Assembly (NCBI GenBank): GCA_964016885.1
Contig: OZ024745.1
Location: 45,694,001 to 45,758,000, forward strand
DNA length: 64,000 nucleotides
Origin: Eledone cirrhosa
Taxonomy: Eukaryota
Direction: 5' to 3'
Below the pieces are notes generated by a model, which did no database searches, was not told the origin of the DNA, and was given only the letters and a program-made list of their open reading frames with translations. Below, in pieces: positions 27,091 to 39,854 of this stretch (positions are counted from its first letter, which is position 1; each line of letters opens with the position of its first letter). The position numbers and the translations under genes were made by a program.

Positions 27091-29429
27091 TTTTTTTTCT
27101 GTCTATTATTAACATAAAGTATAAAGCTCAAACAATTAATTTTGAATTAATTACTTTATTCTCTTTTAGATATTTATTTACAAATTGATATTATAAACGT
27201 TATTTATATTAGTTTCTCAATATTGCTGCACAGTTGGGAAATTAGAACCTATATAATCATAAGGTTTTAACCATATGGCTAATTATTGAATGGACACAAT
27301 AACTAGAGATGAACATAGATAAGATCAAATATCCTATGTGATGTTTTAAAATACTTGTTTGTGGTGGAATTGCATCTGGTATTATAGATGGATCCAAATG
27401 TTTAAGTCGGACACTGATAAACGCCAAACTACAAATAACCAATTTGATAACATGTACGACTATCAATCGAAATGTTGACGTTTCACATCTCGTAACCGTT
27501 GAGATTCAGTGTTTATTTAAAATGAATAAGCACTGGCTCAGCAATGCAGAGCTTTACTGAGATCCTATACTGTACTTTCAGATTGTTTTTTGTTTTTGTT
27601 GAACAGTAATGTAAATGTTCCCCACCACTCTCTTGAATTGATATATGAAGCAAACAGATATCATGTACACTTACCGAATGTCATAATCCTTTTTAATATC
27701 ATATTAAGTGGAGGAAGAGTAATACTCTTACATCTTTCTAAAGCCTTCAAGACTGAAGGCGTATGTAAGTTCTCTTAACCTGAATCCGCTAAAGGCATCT
27801 AAAGACAAGGCATTAGAGTTAGACTAGATGGCAGATTAAGCCTACAATGCAAACAATGACTATTACATCTCTGTAAACTTTAGCCACCGAAGTCCATTTA
27901 ACTCTTCTCTTCCTGTCACACTTACTGCATCTTAATAAACACCCCCACACAATACACATTTTACCTAATCCTTCCTACTCATAACTATACGCTTCTGGGG
28001 TGCCCTAATCACCTACGACTATCTAAAAGACATCTTTCTAAAAGTTTGCAAGTCCTATGTGAAGTGCACCAATTCCTCCAATCTAGTTTCTACCTGCAAC
28101 GCTCATACAGCCCAATGTGCTATCCCCTCATTTGATGATAATCTCGAATAAATATCTCTTCCTTTATAGGTTTTCTAAAATATATTCCATTTCAGCTTGC
28201 CGGAAATTTAAACACAGAAGTCTGTGTTTGCATATTAATTACTTCGTTATACACATATTAGAATAATATCAAGATATGGTATCAATAATTCCGTAATATT
28301 ATTTCAATCTTTCTCAAAAACGGAAGTTGTTTTCAAGAAAACACACGTAATTGCGACAGGGGTTCACAAAATGAAAAGCTGTAGTGATATCTTATGCTGT
28401 AGTGAACACTTAAATTGGTGTATTTGACAGAACAGAGAGTTTAGATTTACGAAATAAAAAAAAATGTTAAAAACAAATAGAGGCATAACAAAGTCGAGAG
28501 TATGAAATTACACAAAACAGTTAAATAATACTTATGATTAACATAAAAAAAGAAAAATGTTTAAAAGCATTGCATTAGTATAAAACTATTCTGCACCTGA
28601 CGTTAGAACGTCCGGCTCTCTGCAACTTTGCCTTCCATTATTTCGATGTGTATAAAAAAGTACCAGTCCAAAACTAGGATCGTTTATTTCTCTATATCTC
28701 TTTCTTACGTCTTCTATCTATCATTATATCTCCTTCTCTGGAAGAAAGAGGCTGGGTTCAGAGTTGGAGAGAGGCTGGGTTACACAATGTTCAAAACATT
28801 GGCAAAGTGTCACTGTTTGATACTACGACACCCCTACGACCCCATCGGGAGTTATGGGTTTAAGAAGTAGATTCTACATCCACGATTTTTCATGAATATT
28901 CCTCTTCATTGGCGTAATCTGACTTCCTCTTTAAATGTGCCAGACAGCATGCCACAAATGGCATTACAAAAGCCGATTTCTGCACCCAAACTCAGTGCAT
29001 GTTTCGATTGTGTTGTTTCTTTTATCAAAAGTTTTATTCCCATTCAGATAGCAATAATATCAAAGACAATTCAACACGACTAATGCAATTGAGTGAATTT
29101 CAGAGTCAAGTGATCTTTATTTGTTATATTATGCACAATATGTATCCGACAAAAGCACACTGTCAAGTGGTTTGAAGACTAGCTCTCTTACAAAGGGATT
29201 TGAGTGATCATCAGTAAATCCAGAGTTGACGTTGTGTAACTTTTGTGTTGTAGAATACGTAAAATGGAATTAACACCAAGAAGGCTGGAATGTATGATCT
29301 ACACATTATAACTATTGAACTGGGTCTCTATTTTATTAAACACAGTCACAAAATTATACACATTCATACATATGTATATACATATGTATGTGTGGTTTGG
29401 TGCATATAGATATAAATATACATATATAT

Positions 29430-29580
29430 ATTGTTATACCTTGGGAGGATCATGCTGCCATTAAAAACACACGCACATGCAGTTTTCAGTTCAATTTATT
29501 ACAAATTTCCAGTTGATAGGTTTAATAGTCGGATGGTTGTTTATTTATTGTCAATGGTATGATGACATGTGACCTTTAAA
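29430..29580 (-). mobile_element. Diverged copy of the PLE family B terminus
   Basis: TTGTTATACCTTGGGAGGATCATGCTGCCATTAAAAACACACGCAC aligns with 33521 onward. Confidence 0.6.
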
Positions 29581-30063
29581 GGTAGAGGAGGACTGTTGTA
29601 TGAGAAAAAACATGTTATGGTGGGTGAATTCAAAATGTGGAATCCCCGCCAATATAGAACTCAAACAGTAAGGTGCATAAATATATATATATAGTCCACA
29701 CTGTAAATATAGTTGGTGTTAGGAAGGGCATCCAGCTGTAAATAAAAACTGCCAGAGACGCTTCCGTGCGAGCGAGGCATGGTCTCCCGACCATTCCCGC
29801 ATCGAATAGAACAAAACCCTCTAACGTGGAAGATAGACGTTAAACGATGATGATGATGATATATATATAGAGAGAGAGAGAGCGAAGCAGGGGGAGAGAG
29901 CAAGAGAGAGAGAGAACCGTGGGTGTGGGTGTGGAGAGAATGAGAGTGAAGGAAAGAGAGCGTGATAGACGGACAGAGATGGGTAATGAAGAACACCAAC
30001 AAAGCACTATGACATACGATAAACGTTTTACTGCATGCGAGTTCATTGGACCTCCATCCACCC

Positions 30064-30101
<38 letters not shown>

Positions 30102-30280
30102 TTATATACAATATATACACACATCTCTATATATACACAGTATAGCCTACTAACATATATATATATACACCTCTCTCTCTCTATGATATATACACATATA
30201 TATACTCACACGTGAAGCAGGTTCTACTGTCTTAAAATATATATACACACCTCTGTCTCTACAGTCCTCCCTCTCCATCC

Positions 30281-30324
<44 letters not shown>

Positions 30325-30729
30325 TGTATTTATTTATTTACTCTTGGTGCAACAGATTTGAAATTCCCTGTATAAGGTTAGACTTTCTTTGTTTATTTTT
30401 TTATATATGAATATTGATTGTTCCTTATATCTCATTCTGTTATTTTGCCCGAGAAAATATCTGTGTGTGTCATCAAACGTTGTACATACATAGATATTTT
30501 TTCAATTTCCAATTGAGTTCTAGCACGTGACCTGAATTCCTTTTAGAGTTCATTGTCATGCGCATGTATTGTTTTTTTTTGCGGTAATTTACTTCCTCAT
30601 TTTTTAATCAGTTTGAGCATTTCTTTAGAACTGCTGGACTAGCAACCTGACAGATACCTCAGGCACTGATGATGATTATCGCTTAATACTGATGTTGGTT
30701 AGATTATCAATATTAGTATTATTGGGGCA

Positions 30730-30846
30730 CCCACTGATGAATTATAGGAGCCCACTTGAATATATATCTATTGATGGTATACAAGCTCCTACATAAATTC
30801 ACCCAAATTGTAGGAATCCTATAATGAAACGAGACGTCCGTCTGGG
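30730..30846 (+). ncRNA. Intact type I hammerhead ribozyme with an extended, probably branched stem II
   Basis: CCCA-CTGATGA-ATTATAGGA-[67 nt]-TCCTATAAT-GAAA-CG-AGACGTC-CG-TC-TGGG; canonical GUC cleavage triplet at 30840-30842. Confidence 0.85.
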
Positions 30847-31016
30847 AAGAGATATATTCGATATGTCTCATATGAAATAATACAGCCAATTTTCCACGCA
30901 ATACTTTTAGTTAGCACCCGAACGCATAATTAGGAATATAATCACTTATTTCCTAATGTTTGTTGAGTGAGTTGGAATTTGGCCGGAGTATCGCTAAAAG
31001 GCTTTCTCCGATATTG

Positions 31017-31083
<67 letters not shown>

Positions 31084-31365
31084 AACAGCACACCCCGCTC
31101 GTAAAATTAATGTGCAGCTCGCTAAGAATTCTATATACAAGTGTACTCATAAGGTAGTCCTCAATAAGACTTTGTGGAGACTGTGAGACGACTGACCGTT
31201 AGAAATAACAGTTACATTTCATTTTTATCCAACAGAGGAGGAATGTGAATGTTGTCTTGCTCAAGGACGAATCAACCTGTCGACAATGTAGATAAGTATA
31301 AAGGTAGACAGATAGACAGACACACAGACAGACAGACAGATATATACATAAATAGATAGATAAAT

Positions 31366-31424
<59 letters not shown>

Positions 31425-31426
<2 letters not shown>

Positions 31427-31922
31427 GGAAAAGAGTCAGGGCCCCGACGGCAGAGCTCAAGCCGTTTCGACGGCTATTTCTGGACTGAGCTTTGCCGTCG
31501 GGGTCATGACTCTTTTCCTATTACCCACACTACTACCCGAAGTATGGAGTACTCTGGTGCGTTATGGTCCACCTGGTTGTTTACCACACTTCCTTCGTTA
31601 TATATATACTCATAGGTGGATTGGCAGTATCGGTAGAGAGTCGGACGCCATGCTTTCCAGCATAGTTACGTCCCTTTACGATCTGAGTTCAAATCCCGCC
31701 GAGGTTGACTTTGCCTTTCATCCTTACGGGGTCGATAAAATAAAGTACCCGTAATGCACTGGGTAATTGCTGGCCTTGTGCCTAAAGTAGAAACAATTAT
31801 ATATATACTTATACTTATACTATATCAGTACTTTGGGTAGTAGAGTGGGTAATAGAAAAATAGTCCAGAAATAGCCGTCGAAACGGCTTGAGCTCTGCCG
31901 TCGGGGTCTTGAACATTTTCCT
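31425..31922. mobile_element. Family A mini-PLE pieces on both sides of an inserted SINE
   Basis: Fold-back at 31426-31520, tail to 31600, second rearranged piece at 31827-31922. Confidence 0.7.
31615..31798 (+). mobile_element. tRNA-SINE, main family
   Basis: Full length; TSD TTATATATATACT. Confidence 0.85.
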
Positions 31923-31977
31923 GTATATATATATCTGTCTATCAATCCATCTATCTATCTATATATCTATCTCTCTG

Positions 31978-32009
<32 letters not shown>

Positions 32010-32705
32010 GAGAGAGAGAGGGGGGGGGATTGATAGATGGATAACTAGATAGATAGGTGCATATATTCATATCGTTATATATACATATATACCTAGATAT
32101 TAAAAAAAAAAAGTGTTAGTCTCCAAATAAGCGTAAAATGAGAATGTCATTGTTTTAAGATACTTTAGTCTGGTTATTGTCGTCATATGAATAAACTAAT
32201 CCTTTCCACAAGAGCGCTTGATATATTAAGGTCATATTTATATAGACACCAATATTTGTCTCTCGTACGGATGTCAAAAGCTAGTCAGCTTTGAGATGGG
32301 AGATTTAACTGAGTTATCCAGCATTTGTGCTTTGTTTATTAATAAGGCTAATTTGAATAGTGACTTGGCGATCAATTGCAAGCAGACAGCAGACGTAGAT
32401 ATCAAAAGAGGAGAGATATCATAGAGAGATGTAGAACGACATTAAAGGAACGATAATCTACAGAGAAAATGCTATATAACGAATAAAGGATATTTACTGA
32501 ATTTTAAATATCCTATTTCTATGTATTCACTAAGTTTGAATTATACGAATATCTCTACCGATACACAAATAATGTTAACGACTTTTTACTTTTCTATTTC
32601 TTCTATAAATCAATGATTTTGTGTGTATATATATATATACACACACACACATATATATATATATTCATCGCCGTTATATATATATATATATAAAGATATA
32701 TATAT

Positions 32706-33401
32706 AACGGCGATGAATTTGTTTTGCGAGGTTTCTGATATGAAATCGTTTGTCGAAACAAATATTGTCATATTGTTGTAATAATATTGCCAGAAATAAT
32801 AACAGAACACACTCACTGTTTGGTTGGTTTTTGCTTCTGTATCTTTTATATCTCCACAGTTAATTCATTCGGTCCTCAATGTTTACCATTGAGTGACCAA
32901 CGGTCAAAAATACAGATATAATATAGATATAAACACATATATATAGTCTAACAAAGTTCTTTAGTTGCACATCTGCAACATCATCAGTGGTACTATTATG
33001 TTCCTCCTGTATATCTAAGCCATTTTTATTTTGTCTGTTTATTTATTTATTTATTTATGTTTGTCTTCTTCTCTGCTCATGCGTTTGTGTGTATGTATAG
33101 TGTTTGGTGTGTGTTCGCGTTTGGGTGACTGCGTTTCGGTTATTGTATTCTATCTTAGTTTACTAGTGTATATCTATATCATATCTGTATTTTTGACCGT
33201 TGGTCACTCAATCCCATTATTATAATAATCGTAGACGTCAGAATTATAATTCATTCGGTCACTCAATGGTAAACATTGAGGACCGAATGAATTAACTGTG
33301 GAGATATAAAAGATACAGAACCGAAAACCAACCAAACAGTGAGTGTGTTCTGTTATTATTTCTGGCAATATTATTACAACAATATGACCCTCCCCAAGTA
33401 T

Positions 33402-33407
<6 letters not shown>
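32706..33407. mobile_element. Fold-back PLE (family C) with a decayed hammerhead in the loop
   Basis: Arms at ~32770-32935 and 33165-33407. Minus strand 32950-32991 reads CTGATGA-T-GTTGCA-gatg-TGCAAC-(T)AAA-GAAC-TT. Confidence 0.75.
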
Positions 33408-33465
<58 letters not shown>

Positions 33466-33685
33466 TTTCTGAATTTGTTTAGCAAGATTCTTTATCTGAA
33501 ATCGTGTGTTGAAACCGATATTGTTATACTTTGGGAGGGTCATGTTGCCAATAAGAAACACACGCACCAGTTGCTTTCACTTCAATTTATTATAATAAAT
33601 TTATAATAAATTTATAATAAATTTATAAATTTATAAATTTCTGGTTGGTTGGTTGGTTCCACAACCAGATAGTTGTTTATATATT

Positions 33686-33728
33686 GTCATAGTTCTTTCG
33701 TCACACTCTCTGTGACCTCTTCAGTGAC
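33686..33728 (-). ncRNA. Minimal type I hammerhead ribozyme (left arm)
   Basis: GTCA-CTGAAGA-G-GTCACA-gagag-TGTGAC-GAAA-GAAC-TA-TGAC. Confidence 0.8.
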
Positions 33729-33929
33729 TGGGGATTCCTTTCTTTGTTTCTGTGCCTCTCCTTTGTTCTGTCCTACGCCATTTTGTTTCTGTGTGTGTGT
33801 TGTGTGCTCAGTCTGCACATGCGCCACATCCGGGTGTCTGTGTGTGTTTATGTTCATTTATTTATTTGTTTATTTACATGTTACTGGTTGGTTGTTTGTT
33901 CTATGTGTGTGTGTGTTTTCATTTTGTCC

Positions 33930-34172
33930 TTAATTGTAAGTTGTGATGTTGCTGTTCCACTCATATTTTCTATTTAATTTTGGTTGTAATTCTTTTATGT
34001 TTATTGCCTCTGTAATTTGTCTAAACATTGCGTCTTTTCTGTGTGTAGATTCTATTTTTATTTCTATGTTCTCTAATTTACCCTTGTGTTCTATTTTAGC
34101 ATGTTGGTAGAGTACAGATGATTCTTTATTATCTTGAAGGTCTCGCCAGTGTTCATTTATCCGTTCCTTCAA
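33930..34172 (-). pseudogene. C-terminal GIY-YIG endonuclease fragment of a PLE ORF
   Basis: LKERINEH...SVLYQHAKIEH...RQITEAINIKELQPKLNRKYEW carries the R..EH, H...H, EA..I....P.LN signature. Confidence 0.85.
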
Positions 34173-34588
34173 GATTGTAAAGAATCATCTGTACTCTACC
34201 AACATGCTACCAACATGCTAAAATAGAACACAAGGGTAAATTAGAGAACATAGAAATAAAAATAGAATCTACACACAGAAAAGACGCAATGTTTAGACAA
34301 ATTACAGAGGCAATAAACATAAAAGAATTACAACCAAATTTAAATAGAAAATATGAGTGGAACAGCAACATCACAACTTACAATTAAGGACAAAATGAAA
34401 ACACACACACACATAGAACAAACAACCAACCAGTAACATGTAAATAAACAAATAAATAAATGAACATAAACACACACAGATACCCGGATGTGGCGCATGT
34501 GCAGACTGAGCACACAACACACACACAGAAACAAAATGGCGTAGGACAGAACAAAGGAGAGGCACAGAAACAAAGAAAGGAATCCCCA

Positions 34589-34631
34589 GTCACTGAAGAG
34601 GTCACAGAGTGTGTGACGAAAGAACTATGAC
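34589..34631 (+). ncRNA. Minimal type I hammerhead ribozyme (right arm)
   Basis: GTCA-CTGAAGA-G-GTCACA-gagtg-TGTGAC-GAAA-GAAC-TA-TGAC. Confidence 0.8.
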
Positions 34632-34776
34632 AATATATAAACAACTATCTGGTTGTGGAACCAACCAACCAACCAGAAATTTATAAATTTATTATAAATT
34701 TATTATAATAAATTGAAGTGAAAGCAACTGGTGCGTGTGTTTCTTATTGGCAACATGACCCTCCCAAAGTATAACA

Positions 34777-34830
<54 letters not shown>

Positions 34831-35040
34831 AAGTATGTATGTATGTATACGTACATACATATATGTATACAGACGTACAGTAGTATGTATATATATACAC
34901 ACATGCACATATATATATATGCACGTATCGGTTTACCGAACATTTATTATAATGCTCGGTTTGCTCGTTTGTATACATATATACGTCTGTATACATATAT
35001 GTATACATATATATATATACATATATACGTCTGTCTATAT

Positions 35041-35199
35041 CTAAGGCGGGTAAAATTCCCGAGATCCATGGACGAGTTCTCTCCAGCGGTCTCTGTCCCT
35101 CATTATCGCTACCATGTCCTGCGTCTCCAACAGACCAGTGTCTGTCCTTAGGGCATCAACATACGTTAACCTTGGTCTTCCTCTTCTAGTGTGTCCATG
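35041..35199 (-). pseudogene. 3' terminal fragment of an RTE-like LINE
   Basis: [22 protein letters not shown]...[11 protein letters not shown] is a typical RTE ORF end; near-identical to 59911-60071. Confidence 0.75.
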
Positions 35200-35242
35200 T
35201 ATACATATATGTATGTATACATACATACTTACATATATACAC

Positions 35243-35273
<31 letters not shown>

Positions 35274-35528
35274 CATTCATATATATATATATATATATAT
35301 ATATACATTCATATATACATTCATATATATGTATATATATATATATATATATATACATTCATATATATATATATTTATTTATTTATATATATATATAAAT
35401 ATATATATGCATGCATCTATGCATGAAGAAAGTAATCGTTCAATGCAGGCTAGTTTACTTTCAATTGATTAAAATATCAGTTCCAATTTCACTTGAATAT
35501 AAATCGTTTTGACTACCTTCATTATTCT

Positions 35529-35712
35529 GGTGAATTGGCAGTATCGGGAGAGGGTCGGACGCCATGCTTTCTAGCATAGTTACGTCCCTTTACGATCTGA
35601 GTTCAAATCCCGCGGAGGTTGACTTTGCCTTTCATCCTTACGGGGTCGATAAAATAAAGTACCAGTAATGCAATGGGTAATTGCTGGCCTTGTGCCAAAA
35701 GTAGAAACAATT
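35529..35712 (+). mobile_element. tRNA-SINE, main family
   Basis: Full length; TSD ATTATTCT. Confidence 0.85.
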
Positions 35713-36116
35713 ATTCTACTGCATTGTTTCAAAATTGCCTTATTAGTGAATTATTTTCACACCAGTGCTGCATTCAATTCAATTTTTTCTGTGATCATGT
35801 ATCGTTCTATTGACTATGTTCCACCGAAGAGCTATAGTAAAAAGTTTTACTATTCATTGATATCTTTATTTAAATGCTGGTCGATTGATATTTCATACAT
35901 AGTAAAGATTTTCTCATCATTATAATATAATTTGATTAAAAATTATTTTTGGCTCATGACATCGATATGGCCAAATCGGGTCCCGACACTTTATTAGATA
36001 GCTATACTCTACCACCCAAAAAGTCGAGTACTATGTTGAGTAATGGTCTATCTAGTTTTTAACTGGTTATTATAAATATATATGTGCATATATATATACA
36101 GTATATATACAGTATA

Positions 36117-36252
36117 TGGTTCCTGATGATTTCTCATGAATGAAACAGTTCTAGTCCTGTAGAAGATTTTCTATATTAAATATTTATACTCTGCTTTGTA
36201 TTGAGTACCTTACTTACTGTGGTTACCCCCCAGTTGAACCCGGGATAAACTT
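36117..36252 (+). mobile_element. TA-flanked mini-element starting with a hammerhead-like core
   Basis: CTGATGA-TTTC-tcat-GAAT-GAAAC-AGTTCTA-GTC; stem I not evident; the tail contains GTATTGAGTAC. Confidence 0.5.
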
Positions 36253-36264
36253 ATATATATATAT

Positions 36265-36341
<77 letters not shown>

Positions 36342-36346
<5 letters not shown>

Positions 36347-36585
36347 AGATTTGAATGGATACAGTTTCGTTGAAAGGAATTTATTGACACGTGTTTCTAT
36401 AACAGTTATGTAACTGTTATAGAAACACGTGTCAATAAATTCCTTTCAACTAAACTGTATCCATTCAAATCTTACTATTTTTCTCCGGATTACTTTTGGA
36501 ACTACAACTGGAACCGTCGAGCAAACTCTACGTGAGCTGTTAATCTACTGTGTGTAATATTTATATTACAACACAACGGAAAATA

Positions 36586-36590
<5 letters not shown>
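36342..36590. mobile_element. Fold-back mini-PLE (family E)
   Basis: Arms 36342-36408 and 36411-36478 centred on CTATAACAGTTA-tg-TAACTGTTATAG, followed by GAAA-CACGTG-TC-AATAAA; ~110-nt unpaired tail. Confidence 0.8.
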
Positions 36591-36641
<51 letters not shown>

Positions 36642-36932
36642 GAAAGGTATAAAAAGTATTGTAGCAAGAAGCCAACAGTATTCCATATTATATAAGTGAC
36701 TATAGCGTCAAAATGAGAAAATAGTTAACGTAAGATGTGGGAAAAATAATTCAAACTCAATTCAAAAAGAATCAGGATATAGATTTATCCAACAGAATTT
36801 AGTGAAATCCAGGTAAAAATCAACAGAGCCTTAACTCATGATAAAATAAAGTTAAAAAAAAAAATATATATATATATACATACTCGTGTGTAGTGGATGG
36901 CCGAGACCAGCTATTTAGCCTTAACAAAATGG

Positions 36933-37023
<91 letters not shown>

Positions 37024-37027
37024 CGTG

Positions 37028-37071
<44 letters not shown>

Positions 37072-37397
37072 TGTGTGTGCGCGTGTGTGCGTGTGTGTGT
37101 GTGTGTGCGTGCGTGCGTGTAGGTGTGTGCTTGTGTGCTTAATTTTGTGACTGTGTCGATCTTTTAAATTTCATTGAAACTGGTGAGTATTTCCTTCGTA
37201 ATGTACCACATAAATCTGTGGTGCTGCGTACGTACAGCACCACGTCATACCGTTTCATTGGCAAAGTATGTTTCTAGTTCGGAATAGTTTGCCTTCATAA
37301 TCTAAATTTCTGATATAGAATGAGATCTAAATGTTAACCTTATCAATAAAGTTGCCCTTCTGGGTTTTCCGTCATTAATATAGTTTTCCTATATTAG

Positions 37398-37505
37398 GAA
37401 TTACTCAGTGTATTACTGGTACTTTATCCTTACGGGGTCGATAAAATAAAGTACCAGTAATACACTGGGTAAATTGCTAGCCTTGTGCCAAAAGTAGAAA
37501 CAATT
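37398..37505 (+). mobile_element. 5'-truncated SINE with an inverted copy of its own core
   Basis: AATTACTCAGTGTATTACTGGTACTTTA is the inverse of the downstream TAAAGTACCAGTAATACACTGGGTAA; TSD ATTAATATAGTTTTCC. Confidence 0.7.
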
Positions 37506-37714
37506 AATATAGTTTTCCCAATATAGTTTTCCCGCACTTCTCTTCTCGCCATGGTTTGTTTTGGTTAATCCTCATAAATTATTTCCTCATTAAGGTTATA
37601 ATGTCACTTGATTAAAATTCGTTTTCGAATCGCCTCATTAGGTATTGTAGCCTGCACTTAGCTACACACAAATGACCCCCCCCCCCCCCCACCAGACACA
37701 CACACACACAAATG

Positions 37715-37768
<54 letters not shown>

Positions 37769-37885
37769 TGTGTGTGTGTATGTGTGTTTGTAAAAACTAG
37801 ACAGGAATAACAAAGCAAACGATACAATGAAGAAATATACTAGTTTAACGCTTGAATTGCAATCATATATATATGTGTGTGCGTG

Positions 37886-37916
<31 letters not shown>

Positions 37917-37959
37917 ATATCTATATAAATATATGTGTGTGAATATAAATATATGTGTG

Positions 37960-37991
<32 letters not shown>

Positions 37992-38431
37992 TATGAATGT
38001 ATGTATGTATGTGTGTGTGTATATATTAATTTTACATCATGTTTATGCACTCCTTTCTGTGTAAGTCTTCCATATCCGGTTAGGTTTGCATTTGGTGCAG
38101 CAGGAATATGTGTTAGTGTGGTAATGTGCATAATGTGTGCCGACTTGTTACAAAGCAAAGTATTTTACATTCTCATTCGATCTAGCAGATTGACTGCAGT
38201 GGCAACGATTAATAATTACTCACAGTCCAGAACAAATAAGAAAATGCTCTTATATAAGTGCACCATGTTATTAATATTTTATATTGATAACATGTTACAC
38301 TTGGTTATAATTTTATTTTAACTATAGTGTTAAAGCAACTCTATTGAGAGAGGCAGAGAAAGAGATCGAATAACAAGTCGAGTACAGAAATGCATAAACA
38401 CAAAACAATTCTTAATAGTTTCACTCTTGAT

Positions 38432-38708
38432 AATTGTTTCTACTTTTGGCACAAGACCAGCAATTATTTCAGTGTATTACTGGTACTTTATTTTACCGAC
38501 CCCGTAAGGATGAAAGGCAAAGTTAACCTTGGCGGGATTTGAACTCAGATCATAAAGGGCCATAACTCTTTGCTTGCTGCAAAGCATGGCGTCAGACCCT
38601 CTACCGATACTACCATTCCACCCTTGATAATGAAGATCAGTAAATGTTTCAACGTATCGGACAGGAATAAGTGAAGTTCGCAGAGTGAGGAGATTGAGAA
38701 AAAGGAGG

Positions 38709-38742
<34 letters not shown>

Positions 38743-38878
38743 TGCTTTGTGACTGCCTCGAACAATATGAGTTCAAATCCCGCCGAGGTTAACTTTGCCT
38801 TTCATCCTTACGGGGTCGATAAAATAAAGTAGCAGTAATACACTGGGTAATTGCTGGCCTTGTGCCAAAAGTAGAAAC
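38432..38878. mobile_element. Two SINE copies: full (-, 38432-38622) and 5'-truncated (+, 38768-38878)
   Basis: Family core present in both; TSD ATTATCAAG on the first. Confidence 0.8.
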
Positions 38879-38905
38879 CGCTTACAGACGCATTTATTGC
38901 ACCTT

Positions 38906-38970
<65 letters not shown>

Positions 38971-39398
38971 ATGCAATGATAATGTTCATCGTCATCGAGC
39001 AAACCGGACATATATCTTGTATATCTTTTTCTATGAAACATTCATTTGTCTAATAAAAGAGAAATATAGCGATTTCATCTATAAGTTATACTTGGTTTGT
39101 AGTTTTAGCTCCTGGAAGTGGCCTTGCCATGTCGTGTTGTATATAAATTGCTGATAAAATAATAAATGCATTTAACTGGTTGAGAAAGACGTCTTTAGTG
39201 TCTAACAGCAATAATAAAAAAATAACACTTATAAATATTTTATTTCAGTCGTGATTGTTGCATGGAGATAGTTCGAAAATCTACAAAAGTAAGCCCGTTA
39301 TATTACTTTGGTTGCTTAATATTACATCGCATTCGCTATAAATAACTATTGTTTTAAGATACAGAAATAGATATATCACACATTATAAAACGATCTAA

Positions 39399-39854
39399 AT
39401 GAAAACATTAAATATGTTTGTTTCTCGAAGTTGTTTATATATTCTAATCTTCTTTTCCCAGCCTGATTTCTGTAATTATCGGACTCACTGGTACACAAAA
39501 ATATATTCAGGTATCTGTTTAATATACCAAAGACGTCTCTACTGTGTCAGTAGATTTGTGTGTACAAACGAAGGAAAAGCAAAAATACCACACCAAAATG
39601 TCACGTTCTATAAATGGACGGCTATAAATGCTTATCGTAATAGTAATTATAATTCTGACGTCTACGATTATTATAATAATGGGATTAATGTCACCACAGC
39701 GGACAATTTTGACATTCACCATTTCAGGTTGAATAAATGGAGTACCTGTCCAAGGCTTTGGATTGGCAGAATTGTTAGAATGGTGAAAGGGATACATCAC
39801 TTGTGTGTGTATGGATGGGGCAAATACATATATAATACTAACGGTGCCGTTTAA
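39399..39854 (+). CDS. Candidate small secreted protein or terminal exon with divergent C-type-lectin-like cysteine spacing
   Basis: 151-aa non-repetitive ORF. The N-terminus MFVSRSCLYILIFFSQP is signal-peptide-like; alternatively a strong acceptor ttctaatcttcttttcccAG| precedes 39462. Pattern C..W..C..C..G..W..NG..C..LCVY. TATAAATA at 39337. Confidence 0.4.
   Translation: MKTLNMFVSRSCLYILIFFSQPDFCNYRTHWYTKIYSGICLIYQRRLYCVSRFVCTNEGKAKIPHQNVTFYKWTAINAYRNSNYNSDVYDYYNNGINVTTADNFDIHHFRLNKWSTCPRLWIGRIVRMVKGIHHLCVYGWGKYIYNTNGAV

Larger units (their letters stand above)
33463..34780. mobile_element. Palindromic Penelope-like retroelement 3' end (family B)
   Basis: ~600-bp inverted arms (33519-34128 and 34179-34780). 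Each arm carries a GIY-YIG C-terminal remnant, a 3' UTR and a hammerhead; both ends lie in (TA)n. Confidence 0.85.

Noticed and set aside
27820-28150. Possible decayed LINE fragment
   Set aside because: Too degraded to assign from sequence alone.
33463-34780. Palindromes as sequencing or assembly fold-back artefacts, or as classical MITEs
   Set aside because: The arms differ by substitutions and indels, end at family-specific points, and carry retroelement hallmarks (GIY-YIG, HHR). An artefact is unlikely but not formally excluded without reads.
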